Shown here piece after piece: positions 11,301 to 25,124 of a DNA stretch of 64,000 nucleotides (position 1 is its first letter; each line of letters opens with the position of its first letter). The DNA is taken from NCBI GenBank assembly GCA_030264375.1, contig JASCQW010000137.1, positions 19,371,723 to 19,435,722 of the forward strand, in the 5' to 3' direction. The DNA comes from Carcharhinus longimanus (Eukaryota). The notes beneath the pieces were generated by a model. That model did not search any database. It was not told the DNA's origin and saw only the letters and a program-made list of their open reading frames with translations. A program made the position numbers and the translations under genes.

Positions 11301-14300
11301 TGGGAGTTAAAATTCCCTCGTACAGAACATTCCATACTTATTTCCCTCCTACCTATCCAAGCAACCCCCGCCCCCGCACCCCCCTTCCCCACGTTAAAGT
11401 TAAGCATGTCTAAAATGTCTCTGCATTGTTCTTTGAAAATATGTTTGGATTTCTTTTTAAAGACAGTGTGAAATGTTGCAACCTTTCAGATTTAAGTACT
11501 GTATTGGTTGAGCACTTCAAAATTACAATGCAGTATTTATCTAGCTCGTAAATACCACTTGCTTAATGATCTGCTTATATAAATCTTTAAGCCAGAGTGT
11601 CCATTCTACTCAGGAATTCCTACTTTACATCTGTTGTAGAAAATCTAAATGTACTGTCTAACAGTACTACTAAACTTTTAGACTGCCTTGTATCTTGTAA
11701 ATATATTTGAAATCGTGCAGTATAGGACGGTCCAAAAGTTGAATAAAATCCCAAAATGTGTTTTGTCAAATGGAAATAATTTCTGTGTTTTCTACCTTGT
11801 TCCTGTTGCCTTGGCGGTATTGCAAGGGCATTTATTTAGGTCAGTGTGTAAATGCCGGTGTCTGTGCTACACTGGCAACAATAGGAAATATAGAAATATG
11901 TTTTTGTAAAAAAAAAATTTTGATTCTGTTAATAGGCTGGATGCAATGTTGAAACGTTGTGGAATTTCTGAATCAATTGAATTTTGATAAGTAGGGTGAA
12001 GATGTTCTTTATCAGATGGTTCTTAAAGATATTAAGTGAAATGACTAGTTTCAATTCAGTTCCTAATGAACATGAGTCCACAGCATAAGACTGTCTTAGC
12101 AACCAACTGAGCACTGTGCTCAGAACGTAATGAAGTGCATGACGTTGCCAGGTCTTACTATTACACACACCTTCTGTACATTTGCATGGATTTCAGTTTA
12201 GCAGCATTGCTTGAAATATTTCTAGAAACTACTGTTGTGAGCCTGAGAGAATTTGGGCTGCTCCAACTTGTGCTTTCCCCCAGCCTCAATATGGGATTTT
12301 GTCAAACTACAAGTATTATCAGATGCAAGTGCCACCTGGGGATTTATTTCTATAGATTATTGCCAGCATGCCATTATTACGTTAGTAGAAAGACTATTAC
12401 AGAACAGGAGTCTATTTTGGTTTTATATGGGTGTTGGGGGAAAATCAAAGATTAAAGATTTGGAGGGTGGGAGTGAGGTTTCCAGGTGCTGTGTGGATCT
12501 GGACCTTACACAAGTAACAATGCTGTACAACTCATTTTTAAATGACTTTTGTTTCGGAACACTTATATTCCATCATAAATCTCAGAAGTTGTATATTAAA
12601 GCATTCTGGTTCTTCCAGCACAAGAAATGAATATTTTGCCCATACCCTACCATTTCTGTCTCATCATAGCTACAAAATGTATGTTTTTTTAAACTGCTTT
12701 CAACATAAATTGTTCTGTGAGCACAATTAAATAGAAGCTGTCAATGTTTAAAATTGTTAAGCGGATAGGAGTAAATGTGTTGAAAATGACCTATTTTTAC
12801 AATGGGGGATTTACTTTTTCCTGAAGACTGAAAACCCTTAAGCTAAACTTGAACTTACATACCCTGCCTGCTGGCTTGATGTGTTTTACTGAAGTTTAAT
12901 GAGAGACTGTTATTTTTCCCTTTCTCAGGGGAAAATTTAAAGCGTGTTGAATTGTGGAAATGCAGATTTAGGCAACTAGCCGTAGATTTGATTTTGATGT
13001 ATCTCTGTTTTAAAAATGGAACAGGTTTTTGTATTTGATCGTTCTTTTTCTTTCAAGCAAACATTGTGGTCAACAGACTGTATGTCTGTCAAATGTTGTA
13101 TGGAGGAACCAAAAGGAAGCCAGTGGTTTTAACAAGTGGATACAGAAGCTTAAAGGAAGCCTGGCTCTTGATTCACATAAACATGTAGAAAGCTGTGACC
13201 CAATGCTAATTAAGCAAAGGAGATTTTCTTTCATGTCCTAATGCCTGTTCCTCAAATTCCTTTTTAATCAAAAACATGGCAATTTATCTAACTTCGCTTC
13301 CAGTAAGTATCCCTGTAGGCAAAAAGAGATCTTTTTGAAGTGATTGTTTTGTTTAAAATAGCATTTTACTACATCAACTGTTTTTTATATAAAAATCTAA
13401 GTAATTGACACATCCAAACGATTTTAAATAAATTAAATAAATTGGCCTGTTGTTATTATTTCCCCTACGCTTGTTTATTTTTAAACTGGTGTAATGTGGT
13501 ATTCCATTAGGAAGCACTGTGAAGTTATCTGTTTTGAAATATGTACTGTGTGTACTACATAACTTTTTAAAACCTGGCATTTATGGATCTGTGTATTCTC
13601 TGATTAGTTAACTTATAATGATGGATGGCTCTTTTATGATATTCACCATGGAAGTAATTACTTCTAGAATATGATGGTACTGCACGTTTGAATTGCAAAA
13701 TAATGGTATCAAGATTTTTTTAATTCAATTTTCCATTAGACTTTTGCATTTCAGTCAGTTGTATAAATTGATATCATCGCAATCTTAGAATTCTTTGAAG
13801 AACTCATGCCAGTAAAGCTGTAATTAACATCATTTCTGGATTTATTGGATCTTGTATTGAACGTTTGCCGTTGAACTTGATACTTGCTCAGGTTTAGTTT
13901 GCTAACAGCTGCACTTCTGAAATAGGCATGGTCATTTCACAGTTAATTGTAAATTTTATGTCCTAATAACATTTACCCTAACGATAGTGTATAAGAAATG
14001 TGACAAAGCTCAAGTCTAGTTATGGTTCCATGATGGAATGCTGCTCTGTTCAGAACAGTCAAAAGCAATTTTAACCAATTTCATTAATAGCAATGGTTTG
14101 AAACACTGGTTGGTTTTAATTGGTGCTAAAACAGTTACATCAATGAGTGAACGATCAATGTGGACTCTCTCGCTCTCTCTCATTCACTTGGTTCATCACT
14201 GTTTATAAAAGCAATGTTCTATCTCAGTATACACAAGTGCCTGCAGTTCGGTTTTATAGAGTGGTGTATAGTAATTGCAAAATTCTGGTATCAGTAAAAA

Positions 14301-16514
14301 AAAACTCCACAGGGCAGCTAATATAAAGTGTAGTATTTGAGGTATGATTTTGTTCTCAATCTTGTTCACTGACTTAATCTGGGAGATCTTAATTTGAGTT
14401 CAGTGAAAGATCACAACCGAATTCTGTTTAAGCAGTCTTTTCCTTAAAGTGTGCTGAATTTATACTTTGACCATTTCCTGTTAGGCCCAATATTAAAGTG
14501 GTACAGAGTGGAATCATAAAACTGATGCTACAGCTGGTGCTCTACTGTGGCAGAGGTGCATAAATCAGAACAATGCAAGGGAAAACAGTTCTAGAAATAA
14601 GGCCATATGTATTTTGATTTTCGAAGACCTTGAGGTGAGAATGACAGCAATCAACTTTGACTCAATCAAGCTGGTTTATTCAGCTATCAAACAACAATTT
14701 TATCCAAAAAAGTATTTATGCTTATACCTATGTAGTACAGTTCAGAGTATAGGTTGAGCAAATTTTGTTCTGAGAGAAACAGAGTTAATCTCTTGTAGAT
14801 GGTTCTCAGTACTGAGAAATTAACTACTACACACAAATATCATTTGCTCTCCTGCCCATCTCTCTCAACCCGCCCTCCTTTTTGTACCAGCTCAAGTAGT
14901 TACTAAATAAGGCAAGGTCCCTCTGCTCCTCCCAAGAATTTTTTGTTACCATATAAGTTGTTTTTCTGCATTTCTGATCACAACTGGCCCATTGGTTAAG
15001 AAGTTTGCTTTTGAGGTTTGCTGAACTGGTAGTTCACTCATTATTCTTCAGCTTCAGATGTAACATTGCTTATTATCATGTTCTTACAGTGCATTATCAT
15101 GAATGCTGGCTCTTATACTTCTGCACCCAGACTTAGGAATGTGGCACAGAATGTATAAGGGGAAAGTGTTCTATTTTCAGAACTGTCATCTTTAATTTTG
15201 AAGAAAGCCACACACTAGTGAGATCCACAGAATCTGATGTAAAGCAAGCTGTATGAATACGTAAAGTTAAGTACAGTACTTAAAGGTTTAATGTACTTTA
15301 TCTTACACGACCGACCTAATAAAACCTGTGATGGGTTATGATCTTTTTGAGCTGCCCAGTTTTGTACAGGAAAGTATGGTATGCTTTTAAGTATGTGCAC
15401 TAAAGCCTCATAAACATTGATTGTCTTGAAGTTTGCACTTTCAGTTTGTCTGCTGAAAGAAGGAATGCAATCTGTGTTATTTGTAAATTTGCATTAATGT
15501 TCATTGTGATGTTTCTGGTAAGCACAATTGTAAAACAAGTTCTTAACAAAGCTACTGCTCTTTCTTTGACCTACATTTGAAAGCTGATAATTTATGCATA
15601 TTCATTTCTGTCATATAACCTAGTTTATGGTGTTCTGTAACATAGATTGTATGCATTTGTTGAATCTGGGAGAAGGTTTGCCAAAGGTTTTTCCATTATT
15701 CATAGTTTATGCCTCTGAATCGCTACTGAGGTAAAACCTGATCTAAATGCTGAAGGGAAACTTTGTTTACACTCAAAAGTGGTTTTGTTTACAATTGAAA
15801 AGTCAATTCTAAGATTGTCCTTGCCCTCGATAGACTGGGTAAGACTGTGATATCCTCAGTTATGAAGTGACACTTTTTGATTCAGTGATGGGGAGCTGGC
15901 CTATCCACCTGTGGTAGAGAAAGAGGAGTTAGGAGCCCAGAAACTTAGCAACTTCTCCTATGCTTCCAATCATTTCATCTCCTTGGTCCCAATGGAGTAG
16001 CAAGGCCCTTGATTACATAGTAAAAATCATATATTTGTTATTATTAGACATGCAACTATCCTTGATTATATTATAAATGATTTCAACTATTATTTGGTCT
16101 CTTTTGATCATTTTAAATTAGGACATTAATTTTAATATTTGCATTGTATGTTTTGAAAGATTAAATTTATGCGCTGGTCAGCAATAAGATTCTGGTTTTA
16201 GATGCAACTTTTAACCATGTCAGTGGCTTGTTCTCTCAAGAGATTAAAGCAACATAACTTTTACACATGCTTCAATCATCTTTAAAATGCAGAATTACTT
16301 GTTCAATCTCAGGCTTTTTCTTCCAAAGAATAATGTGAATCTTAAATTGTTTGATTTGAGAAATAAAGTGATGGAAAACTCTACTGTCTTGGTAAACTTT
16401 TTCTTAGTGTGAATTTTTCCATTTATACAGCACTTAAAATGCTTTAAAATACTCCTCCTGAGGGCAGCACCATGAAAATGTGTCTTTATTCAGTTTACAA
16501 AGGCATGTGCAGAT

Positions 16515-17400
16515 GGGGGAGGTTATTCAACCTGTCTAGCTCATTCTTCCATAGAAGCAGTGATGTCTTTTCATGAGTCTTGAATTTGATTTCCACTAAT
16601 GGCCCTTTGTCTTGCAGTTGAAGTTTAAATTAATTTCCTATTCTGATTTCCCTCTCCCAGTAAGTTTGGTATCTTGCATTCCTTTATGTTCCCTTTCATT
16701 CAATTCATTTCAAGACTGAAAGGCTTGCATTTTTCTAGCCAATCCTCTTAATTCAATCTTCTGTCATTTAAAGTCAACTTTGTGGTCTCTTTTGGCATTA
16801 CCTTCAGGGACTGGATGTTTCCTTCTCATCTGGATAACTAGACCTACATGCACTCCTCAAAGTGACCTGACTAAAGCACTGTACAGTGTAAACATGACTG
16901 CATCAGACTTGCTATCTGGCAATATGGCTTAGCAATGTTTCATTGTTTGCTGGTCCCTAACTGATTCAACATAGTCTGTTAAATTGTCTCCTGTTCTTGC
17001 AAGTGTAATATTTAGTATTTGTTTAAAATGTTATCTTTTTCTAAATGTTGTCAAAAACCTGTTATACTTCATTCACATTGGCTACCAACCCACTAATTTC
17101 ATATAATTTGTGTAGTTTACTGAGTCAATTTGATTTCTAAATCAGGGTCCAGTGTTGTTCAATGCATTCCATTCAGTACATCTCCCCAACATCATTCTCT
17201 CAACTACTACCTGCCACTATTTCTCTTCAGCCAATTCCTTTTCCACACTCAGGAAGCCTACTTAATTTAAAACATAATTAAAAGTTTTCTTGGCACATAG
17301 GTTGACTATGTGCAGAAGAGACACCAGAGTCGAATCTCTCTCAGCTGAAACCATGCTGACTGCCAATTATTAGTTTTATTTTTATTGTTCTAATCATCTA
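16515..17400 (-). mobile_element. Old CR1-like LINE 3' fragment
   Basis: Degenerate similarity to the younger minus-strand CR1 at 26.3-27.2 kb (RL.K...FSL-type region near 16710-16745). Confidence 0.4.
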
Positions 17401-17987
17401 GGTTGTTTATAGCAATTTTGTTGTTTTTGCAGTGAATACAATGGCATAAATGTGTTCTGTTGATTCTGACAAACCAAATCCCCCTCTAATGGCACATTTC
17501 TAGTTGATGTGGATAAATGTACACTCTCTTCAGCTCTCTGCAATAGGAAGATTGCAAATCTTTTTGTATATTGTATTTTCCTAAAAGCATTGCTAAAATC
17601 AAGGAATTATTTCCACAATCTCATACTACATTAGCGCACTAATAACCTTTCTGTTTAACGTCCAGTCGTGGAATTGCAGACTGTCTATATTTGGTTCATA
17701 TTTTATTTCATATGTTAATATGTTTTGTTCGGTGTTTTTATATATTTTCCATTGGTCCTTAGAGACATTATTCTAAATCAATAAATTAGCTCAACATATG
17801 CACAATTAGCACATGCAAAAAATTGATAGGTACACTTATGTAACTTATGCCCATCTTGAATTACCCATTGTCACCTTCTTGAACCACTGTGATCCCTTTG
17901 GTGTAAGTATACCCCCCTGTGATGTGAGGGAGAGACTCCATGATTTTGATCCATTATAAATACATCACTGAATATAAGAATTATATA

Positions 17988-18213
17988 GCACCTGGCCAGC
18001 TTCCCGTCTTTCACCCACGGTAAATTTGAGGTTATTCAAAACTCTGTTGCCCATCCCTGAAATTGCAGCAAGTTTTCTTCTACTATCTATCACTCAAGTT
18101 AGCTGACCTACATTGGCTTCCAGTGAAGAAATCCCTCCTTTTATTTCAAAACTCACCTTGTAATTTTCAAATCCCTTCGTGACCTCACCCCTCATTATTT
18201 CTATAATGTCCTC
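17988..18213 (+). mobile_element. L2 LINE ORF2 C-terminal fragment
   Basis: Decayed LASFP...VIQNSVAH...LADLHWLPV...FK motif series typical of L2. Confidence 0.65.
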
Positions 18214-19641
18214 TGGCATTAAAAACTAGTGTTCAATGAAAGGCATCATATGGGGTAAGATGCGATATCAGGACGACTTCAGGCTCCTTTGTTGGAAAAA
18301 ACGTAAAGAAATGGCTATAATCTTTAACTGGAATGATACGTAATACTGCCAAATATACCAAAAATATATACCAGTCTAAGTACTGAAGAAATTTTTACTT
18401 TTCGGAAGAGAATTTGACTGTAATTCAATAAATTATTTATCAGAATCAATTATTCTTTCCCATTTTTAATAGTTTCAAAAATATAATTGGGTATAGCACC
18501 ATTCAGAACATTTGGTGATCTGGTAGAATAATTAATCAATGAAGCTCTGTAGTTCTATACAAACTAAGGAATAAATATGACAAAAGGAGACAATTCAGCT
18601 TGTCCCATTCCATTCCAATAAATAGAGGATGCAACACAAGTGCAACAATTTTGTTATTCATGTTTATCCTGGCAGCTTTATTCATCGAGTTGTGAACGAT
18701 TGGGCATATAAACAGAGGTGCAGATATGTTAATAAAAATATAGAGGGAGAACAGACTGAAGAATATTTTACCACTGTTGTATCTTAAAAATGCAAAAGAC
18801 CCATTTAATGATAATTTTCATGCCCTAGAAGCCTAATGGTTTCCAGTCTTGTGTCCTTTTGGAGATTTCTAATGGAGAAATTGCATGACGAAGTGGGTGG
18901 ATTGATTTTTTTTTATTAAAATTGAAAGATATTTTTGAAATAAAGCTACTTGTCACCTTACATTTTCAATTGCTGAATATATAATAGATTCACAAGTCCC
19001 TGAGTCTATTTGTGTTCACATCACAGCTGGATTTGCACATTACTGAAAAACAAATGGCCTGGTTTTCCTCATTTTGTAGATTTGCTGCAGTAAATGGAGT
19101 AAAATGTCTTCCCAAAAACAGCAGCAGTTTTATTTTAAGGCCAGCCAGAAGCACAATCTATCATATATTAATAGGGTCAACAGGGCTAGCCCTTCGAGCC
19201 ATTTTCCTCAATTTCAGCTTCAAATAATTACAACTATTATATAAGCGGCAGTGGTAGCTGCAGTCAAGAATCCCTGAAGGAGGTACCACAGTGAGGAGAC
19301 CATGTTGTGAGTTGTTATCAAAGGTTACTTTGCCTGCATATTATCTCATTAATACTTCTGGTGGTTCAGTCTGAACTTTTGCTGCTGGTTTTACTCAAAT
19401 TACTGCTTTATAGTGCAGCCGTGGATTTACTCATGCGGATACCACTATTTTACCCTGAGGAGAAGAACATAGAAAATATTGGATATGAAGTTTGAATCAG
19501 ACTTTACAATTCCTCACACATTAATACCAATTCAGCAAGGGCTACAGAAGGTCTTTTTTTTTGAATGTTAGTGCCTCAAAAGGCTGCACTCCTATCTGAG
19601 AAAAGGTAAAAATGTGCAGCCGCCTCTACACAAGCAGAATA

Positions 19642-19913
19642 GGGGTGGCACAGTAGCACAGTTAGCACTGCTGCTTCACAGTGCCAGGGACCTGGGTTCG
19701 ATTCCTGGCTTGAGTCACTGCTTGTAAGGAGTTTGCACATTCTCCCTGTGTTTGCATGGGTTTCCTCCGCGTGCTCTGGTTCCCTCCCACATTCTGAAAG
19801 ACGTGGTGGTTAGGTGCATTGACCCGGACAGGTGCCGGACTGTGGCAACTAGGGGAATTTCACATTAACACTGCAAATGAAGTTAATGACTAATAATAAA
19901 TTAACTTTAACTT
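19642..19913 (+). mobile_element. tRNA-derived V-SINE (HE1-related) with L2-type tail
   Basis: A/B-box head (TGGCACAGTAG...GGTTCGATTCC), V-core GGAGTTTGCACATTCTCCCTGTGTTTGCATGGGTTTCCTCC, and AATAAA...(ACTTTA)n tail. Confidence 0.85.
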
Positions 19914-19939
19914 ATTCTCAAGCAGTAAATGCCACCACT

Positions 19940-21816
19940 GCCCTGAATTTTATTTTGAAGTTGGGTACCTCCAAGCAGTCCTTGCCCATTTTTTTTCCCG
20001 TATCATTCATAATAGGCACACACACACAGCACATCTGTATTTCCACAGACTTATAGGGTGGAACTTTACATGATTCTTTCTCAGTTTCACGCTAGCCTGA
20101 CGCTTAGAGAGTTCCTGATTCAATTTTTGGGCGTGTTTTCAGGCCCAATGTTATGCAGTCTGCAAATTTTGGGCGAGTCCATTTCTCACTACAGAAGACA
20201 GTGGGTGGAACTTAACATGCCCAAAAGCCTGCGGTTCTGATTGTGCAGAAAAAAGACTAAAAGCAGCACAGCTGCCAGATCCTTCCTGGGCTGAATAATG
20301 CCTCCCCCTGGCCTCCATGGATGGACCATTAATTAGCAGCTGACTTGACCTAACTAGGGGCAGCTCCATAAAATTCCCAAGGATGGACAGACAGACAGGC
20401 AGGCAGGTAGTGCAGGAAGAAAAGGCATCGAGGAACGTGCTTTGGAGGAAAAATGAAACTTTATCCATTGGTTTATTTAACTTGTGTGTTATCGAGCCAG
20501 TACAAACCTTTGATTAGCAGTCTTGCCTCTGGATGATCAGTGTTCACATCTACAGAGAGGGCTGTGGTTCCAGCAAAGCTTTCCCAAACAGGGAAGTGAC
20601 ATACAACCAGTTGCAGGCCAATTAAAGACGTGTCATGTAAGACACAGTATGATGAGAAATTGGGTTTGTCAGCACCTGCTTTTTAGCTAATGCAACTGCC
20701 CTTAGAGACCAAAATGTCTNNNNNNNNNNNNNNNNNNNNNNNNNNNNNNNNNNNNNNNNNNNNNNNNNNNNNNNNNNNNNNNNNNNNNNNNNNNNNNNNN
20801 NNNNNNNNNNNNNNNNNNNAGACCAAAATGTCTGCGGTGTATACGTATACTCGAGGCAAATTGCTTTGGACACCATATTCATATAAGAGTTGGCTGAGTA
20901 AATATTCAGAACGGACTGATCATGGTGATGTGGAACAGTTTATAACAGATGTGATGCCACTGATGCCATTTTGGAATTCATGCTCCAACCAATGCCCCTC
21001 TAACCAAGTGCAGTTGAACATGTGTTCAGCAGCATGAAAGATACCCATCCACCACCATCTAAAGAGATCATGACTGATTTCTGATCAGTTGCTGTCTGAT
21101 TGCTTCTGATTGTTGCCAAGATTCGACAAGAGTTGGTACTTTCTGTAGCTGTTTCAAATTGCAAAGGTCTAGAGGGAATGCAGTGGCAGGTGTTAAAGAA
21201 CGTTTTCTTGTTGACTTCAAAGCTTCTGCACAAACCAGTTGCTTCCAGACATTGGAAAGCTAGTCAGCAATTCCCTTGGTATAGCGCGTGACTTGGAAAA
21301 TAAAGAGAGATCACACAGTCAGGATGAACTGCTGGAAGAAGGAGGAGAAGGAGATGTTGCCTCACCAACTCTCTTCCTGGAACGTCATTGAGGAACCAGG
21401 TGTAATGATGCCCTCCCTGCCTCCTACATTGTAAGCTCAAAACAAGACAAAAACCACATTGCCAGTGGATGTGAAGGTGACAGTGATGATGAATGTCTTT
21501 GCATTTGGTTCCTTCCAGCTTCAACCTGGAGATATTTGCAACATCTCACATTTTGCTGTGAAATGTTACAAAGGGAAGTCCCTGAGGCTCCCTGTCAAAG
21601 AGTGCTAATGAAATGTTATTCTCTCCTGCCAGAAAAGTATCACATAAAACACTGGTTAACAAAATTGATGCTAATGAAATAGGAGGTGTCAGTGTTGGCT
21701 AGGATAAATAATTGGCTTAAGGAGAGAGAAAATATTGAGTCCTAGTAAATGTTTACTTTTCAGACTGGAGGATGGTAGAAAGTGCATTCCCCAAGAGTCA
21801 GTGCTAGGACCACTGT

Positions 21817-21847
<31 letters not shown>

Positions 21848-23050
21848 TAATTATATATAAATGACTTTGATATTAGAGTACAAGTGTACATTAATTACCC
21901 TAGTACATTGCCTAAGTACCTGCCTTCTGTATACCTTGATCTGTCATACTGATCCTCTGCAGCACTGCCCCAGTAGCTGCACTATTACTGGCAGAAAACT
22001 GCTGACACTGTTTGATTTTCCCAGTCCGATGGAATTGGAGATGGGTGGGCCAAGAAAATAGAGGGAAACTACTCTGGGAAACATTCCTAAGGCAGAGATT
22101 GCAAATGCCCTTGCAGGATGACCTACAGGAGCTCTGGACCTATCTGTAGACTGCACCAACTCAGCATGGACAGATTGATAAGCAACAGCAAAGGCAGTGG
22201 TGGAGTGGTTGGAAGTCAGAGAGAGAATGCCGTCTTCCTGAATTTCATGATCATTGGAGCCACTCTCTCATTCCTGGGGTGATAATACATTGGAGGAAAG
22301 ATTCCTGAACTTCAGAACCACCTTACACTGTATCTACAGCCCAGATGACTTACATTGCAGCAAACTGATTTTATGTGACAGAAATTGAGTTGTCACTGCT
22401 GCACTAGATGATGGGTGCCTGCTTTTTGTGTTGCAATGGAAGCTCCAACATCAGCCATCAGACACCACATCATGATTAGACCCACAAGTATGTAAAAACA
22501 TTGGCTCTACTTTGACTCCAGAAAGACGGAGCTCTGTGCAAAGCCCTGTACAAGTCAGTGTTGGACTCCTTCATGGTCCCTGATGTGAATGCAATCATTC
22601 TTGCAGGCTTCACAATGCACCAAGCATCCTATGTGCATATCAATGAGTGTTCTTCTATAGGCTGTCCCATCGATGTCTTCATCTGTGTCTTTTGCAGCAG
22701 AACCTATTGTCTGACCCCATGTTCCAGAGAGTTTCTTTTAATGGAATTCAATCTCTGGCATTTTATTCTTGTCTATCCAAATGTAACTGGAGAATTACTA
22801 TCAATGACTTCCATTCCGACAGTTTGCCTGGTGTCCAATTTCTCATTTGCCTGCTGCTTCTCATCACATCATCTAAAAAGTAAAATTTCAGTTTATACAC
22901 ATATGCTGACAGCGCCCAACATTACCTCACCACCTCCACTGCCTTCACATTGCCAGGCTGCTCATCTGATAACCAACACTGGCTAATCAGAAACTCCCTC
23001 ACTTAAAATGATGGCTTCAGTCTTTCCAGTGTTTAAGACCCTGCCAGAAA
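19940..23050. mobile_element. Possible second, highly decayed Harbinger-like element with a CR1 fragment inside
   Basis: Weak transposase-like residues on + (GV.KERF near 21190; acidic run then LFLERH* near 21335-21391). No clean ORF. Confidence 0.25.
21630..21875 (+). mobile_element. CR1 LINE reverse-transcriptase fragment with internal (TA)n
   Basis: KVSHKTLVNKI...FSDWRMVES..PQ.SVLGPLF...YINDF; (TA)n run at about 21826-21859. Confidence 0.75.
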
Positions 23051-23142
23051 AATCTGTTCCTTAATCACTGACTAGAGAGGAACCTTCAGTCAAGTATCCA
23101 TACTATCATTAAAGCTGCTTATTTCTACTTCAATATTGGACT

Positions 23143-23823
23143 TCATTCCTGCCTCAGCTCTTCTGCTGCTATAATCTTCATCCATGCAACTGTTGATTTT
23201 CCAATGTACTCCTTCTGGGCATGCATTCTAACCTCCATAAACTTCAGAGGATCTGCTGTCCATGTCCTAACTTGCACCAAGTCCCATTCACCCATCACCC
23301 CAATGGTCATTGATCTATATTGACTTTCAATTAAATTTATTTTAAAAATTTTCATCCTTGTTTTCAAATTTCTCCATGACCTGTAAAGTTCTCCAAATGT
23401 ACAACTTTCCGAAATACCTGCTCTCCTCCAATTCCAGCCTGTTGAACATCCCTGATTTTAATTGCACCTCCATTGGCTGCAGGCCTTTCATATGTCTATG
23501 GCCTAAGGTCTGGAATTTCCTCCCTAAATCTACCTCATGTTCCTCCTTGAAACCTACCACTTCAACCAAATTATTAGTAAAAGATAAAAACAAATTACTG
23601 CAGATGCTGGAATCTGAAACAATGACAGAAAATGCAGGAAAATCTCAGTATGTCTGACAGTATCTGTGGAGTCACAGCCAAGCTAACATTTCAAGTCTGG
23701 ATGATTCTTTGTCAGAGCTAAACCATCTGCCCTAATACTTCCTTTTGCTGATCAGTGTCTTATTTTGCTTTGTAATGTCTCTGCTAAGTGCCTTGGGGTA
23801 TCTTATTGTGTTAAAGGTGCTAT
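23143..23823 (+). mobile_element. L2 LINE 3' fragment interrupted by a Penelope-type element (about 23582-23722)
   Basis: Decayed IHA...LHKL...SA.HVLT...PITP...DL.W...FKI.ILVFK, then L2 3' tail (AAGTGCCTTGGG...GTTAAAGGTGCTAT). Confidence 0.75.
23582..23722 (-). mobile_element. Penelope-type terminal-repeat copy with decayed hammerhead core
   Basis: + strand CTGCAGATGCTGGAATCTGAAAC...GAAAATCTCAG. Minus strand AGCT CTGACAA AGAATC ATCCA GACTT GAAA TG TT AGCT (23681-23719). Confidence 0.7.
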
Positions 23824-25124
23824 TTAGTCCATGCCTCTACATTATTGGTTAGCAATACAAGCATACACCCTGCTATTCCATTTTCAACACTGAAACATTG
23901 AAATCTGGGTCTTTCTATTCCTTAGCCAGGAATGGTTGTTTTCTCCTGTTTCCATGATACCCTGATGCTGAAAGAGAATGAGTACAAGAGGGAGGGACAT
24001 GAATAACAGCTATATGCCTAATGATGTTTATTGGCAATAGCTTGTGATACTGATCATGAACAGTTAATTTTGTATGCATTGTTAGTTGCAGAATAACATT
24101 ACATTTGATCATTTAAGCAGTTTCCAGGAAACCAAAGTCTTTGGGTTCCAGGGGGAGTATGGTTGGAAAGCTGAAACTTAAAGGAAGAACTCCAGACTAA
24201 TAACCAGCAAACAGAGGGAAAGTAATAAATATACTTTATTTCAATTCTTATCGTTTCTGATCAAACACATGATTGAGAAAGTGCAGCATATTCCTGCTCA
24301 AACACGAGGTGAAATGGGATGGTATTTCATGGGGTTACGATCCTAATTCCCTCTGAACTGAATTTCTAAACTCATTCCATCAAAGGAAGGAAAATTAAGA
24401 GGGTGAAATCAAAGCTATCTGTACCATCAATAAAAGTATTCTAAACAGATGTAAGTTTGGTCATGGTATTGACTCAATGATTCTATGTGAAATATATTTG
24501 GGAAAATTTAACTTGGTTCATCTCAATATGTGATTATGACACATGTCTATAGTTGTTACATTAATTATCATTAAGTTCCCACATTAACAGCAAGTTGAAA
24601 AAATATCATACGTTATTCACCATGCTACATAGAAACCAACTGTTGCTCAATCCCCAACATCTCAGCCATCAGAACTGCATCCTTCCAATTCTTCAGAATC
24701 ATCAGTCTCTTCCCTGTCATTTCATATCCACTGCCTCAAAACCTACATCTAGGCTTCTGTGATTTATGGACTAAACTCTCCAGCTTCGTTCTCCCCATCC
24801 TCCTGATTTCCACTCTGCATTAACAGCAATAAGTCCAAAATCTGCTGCCAGCATCCTGTTCTAAAGTAGGTCCTGCAATCCTGCACCCCAGCCAAATTCA
24901 CTGTTAACATTATTATCAAATAAATCGGTTGGACTAAAACCTGCTGTTGTCAGACTTTTTACTGTGTTTACGCCAGTCCAACGCCGGCATACCCACATCA
25001 TGAACATTATCAAAAGACAGGTAACAACTACCATCTGAAACTATAGGACATGTTCAAATCATAGATTTTCAATTAAAATATTGCAATTCTGGAATTAATG
25101 TCTTGTGTCTAATCTACAAAATAT

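Larger units (their letters stand above)
98..16390 (+). other. TBC1D16 3' UTR / 3' flank; distal end uncertain
   Basis: Follows the TBC1D16 stop. AT-rich and repeat-poor at 98-3000 and about 9650-16500. AATAAA at 16362-16367 is followed by U/GU-rich sequence, but earlier AATAAA sites exist (e.g. 4288, 9720, 11742, 15318). Confidence 0.3.

Noticed and set aside
19642-19715. tRNA-like A/B boxes as tRNA genes (also 30.2, 32.0 and 35.9 kb)
   Set aside because: They are SINE heads followed by SINE cores and tails, with no intact cloverleaf.
20706-20833. Direct repeats flanking 100-N gaps (AGACCAAAATGTCT here; ATCACCGG at 25803/25911)
   Set aside because: Typical unmerged contig overlaps, not biological TSDs.
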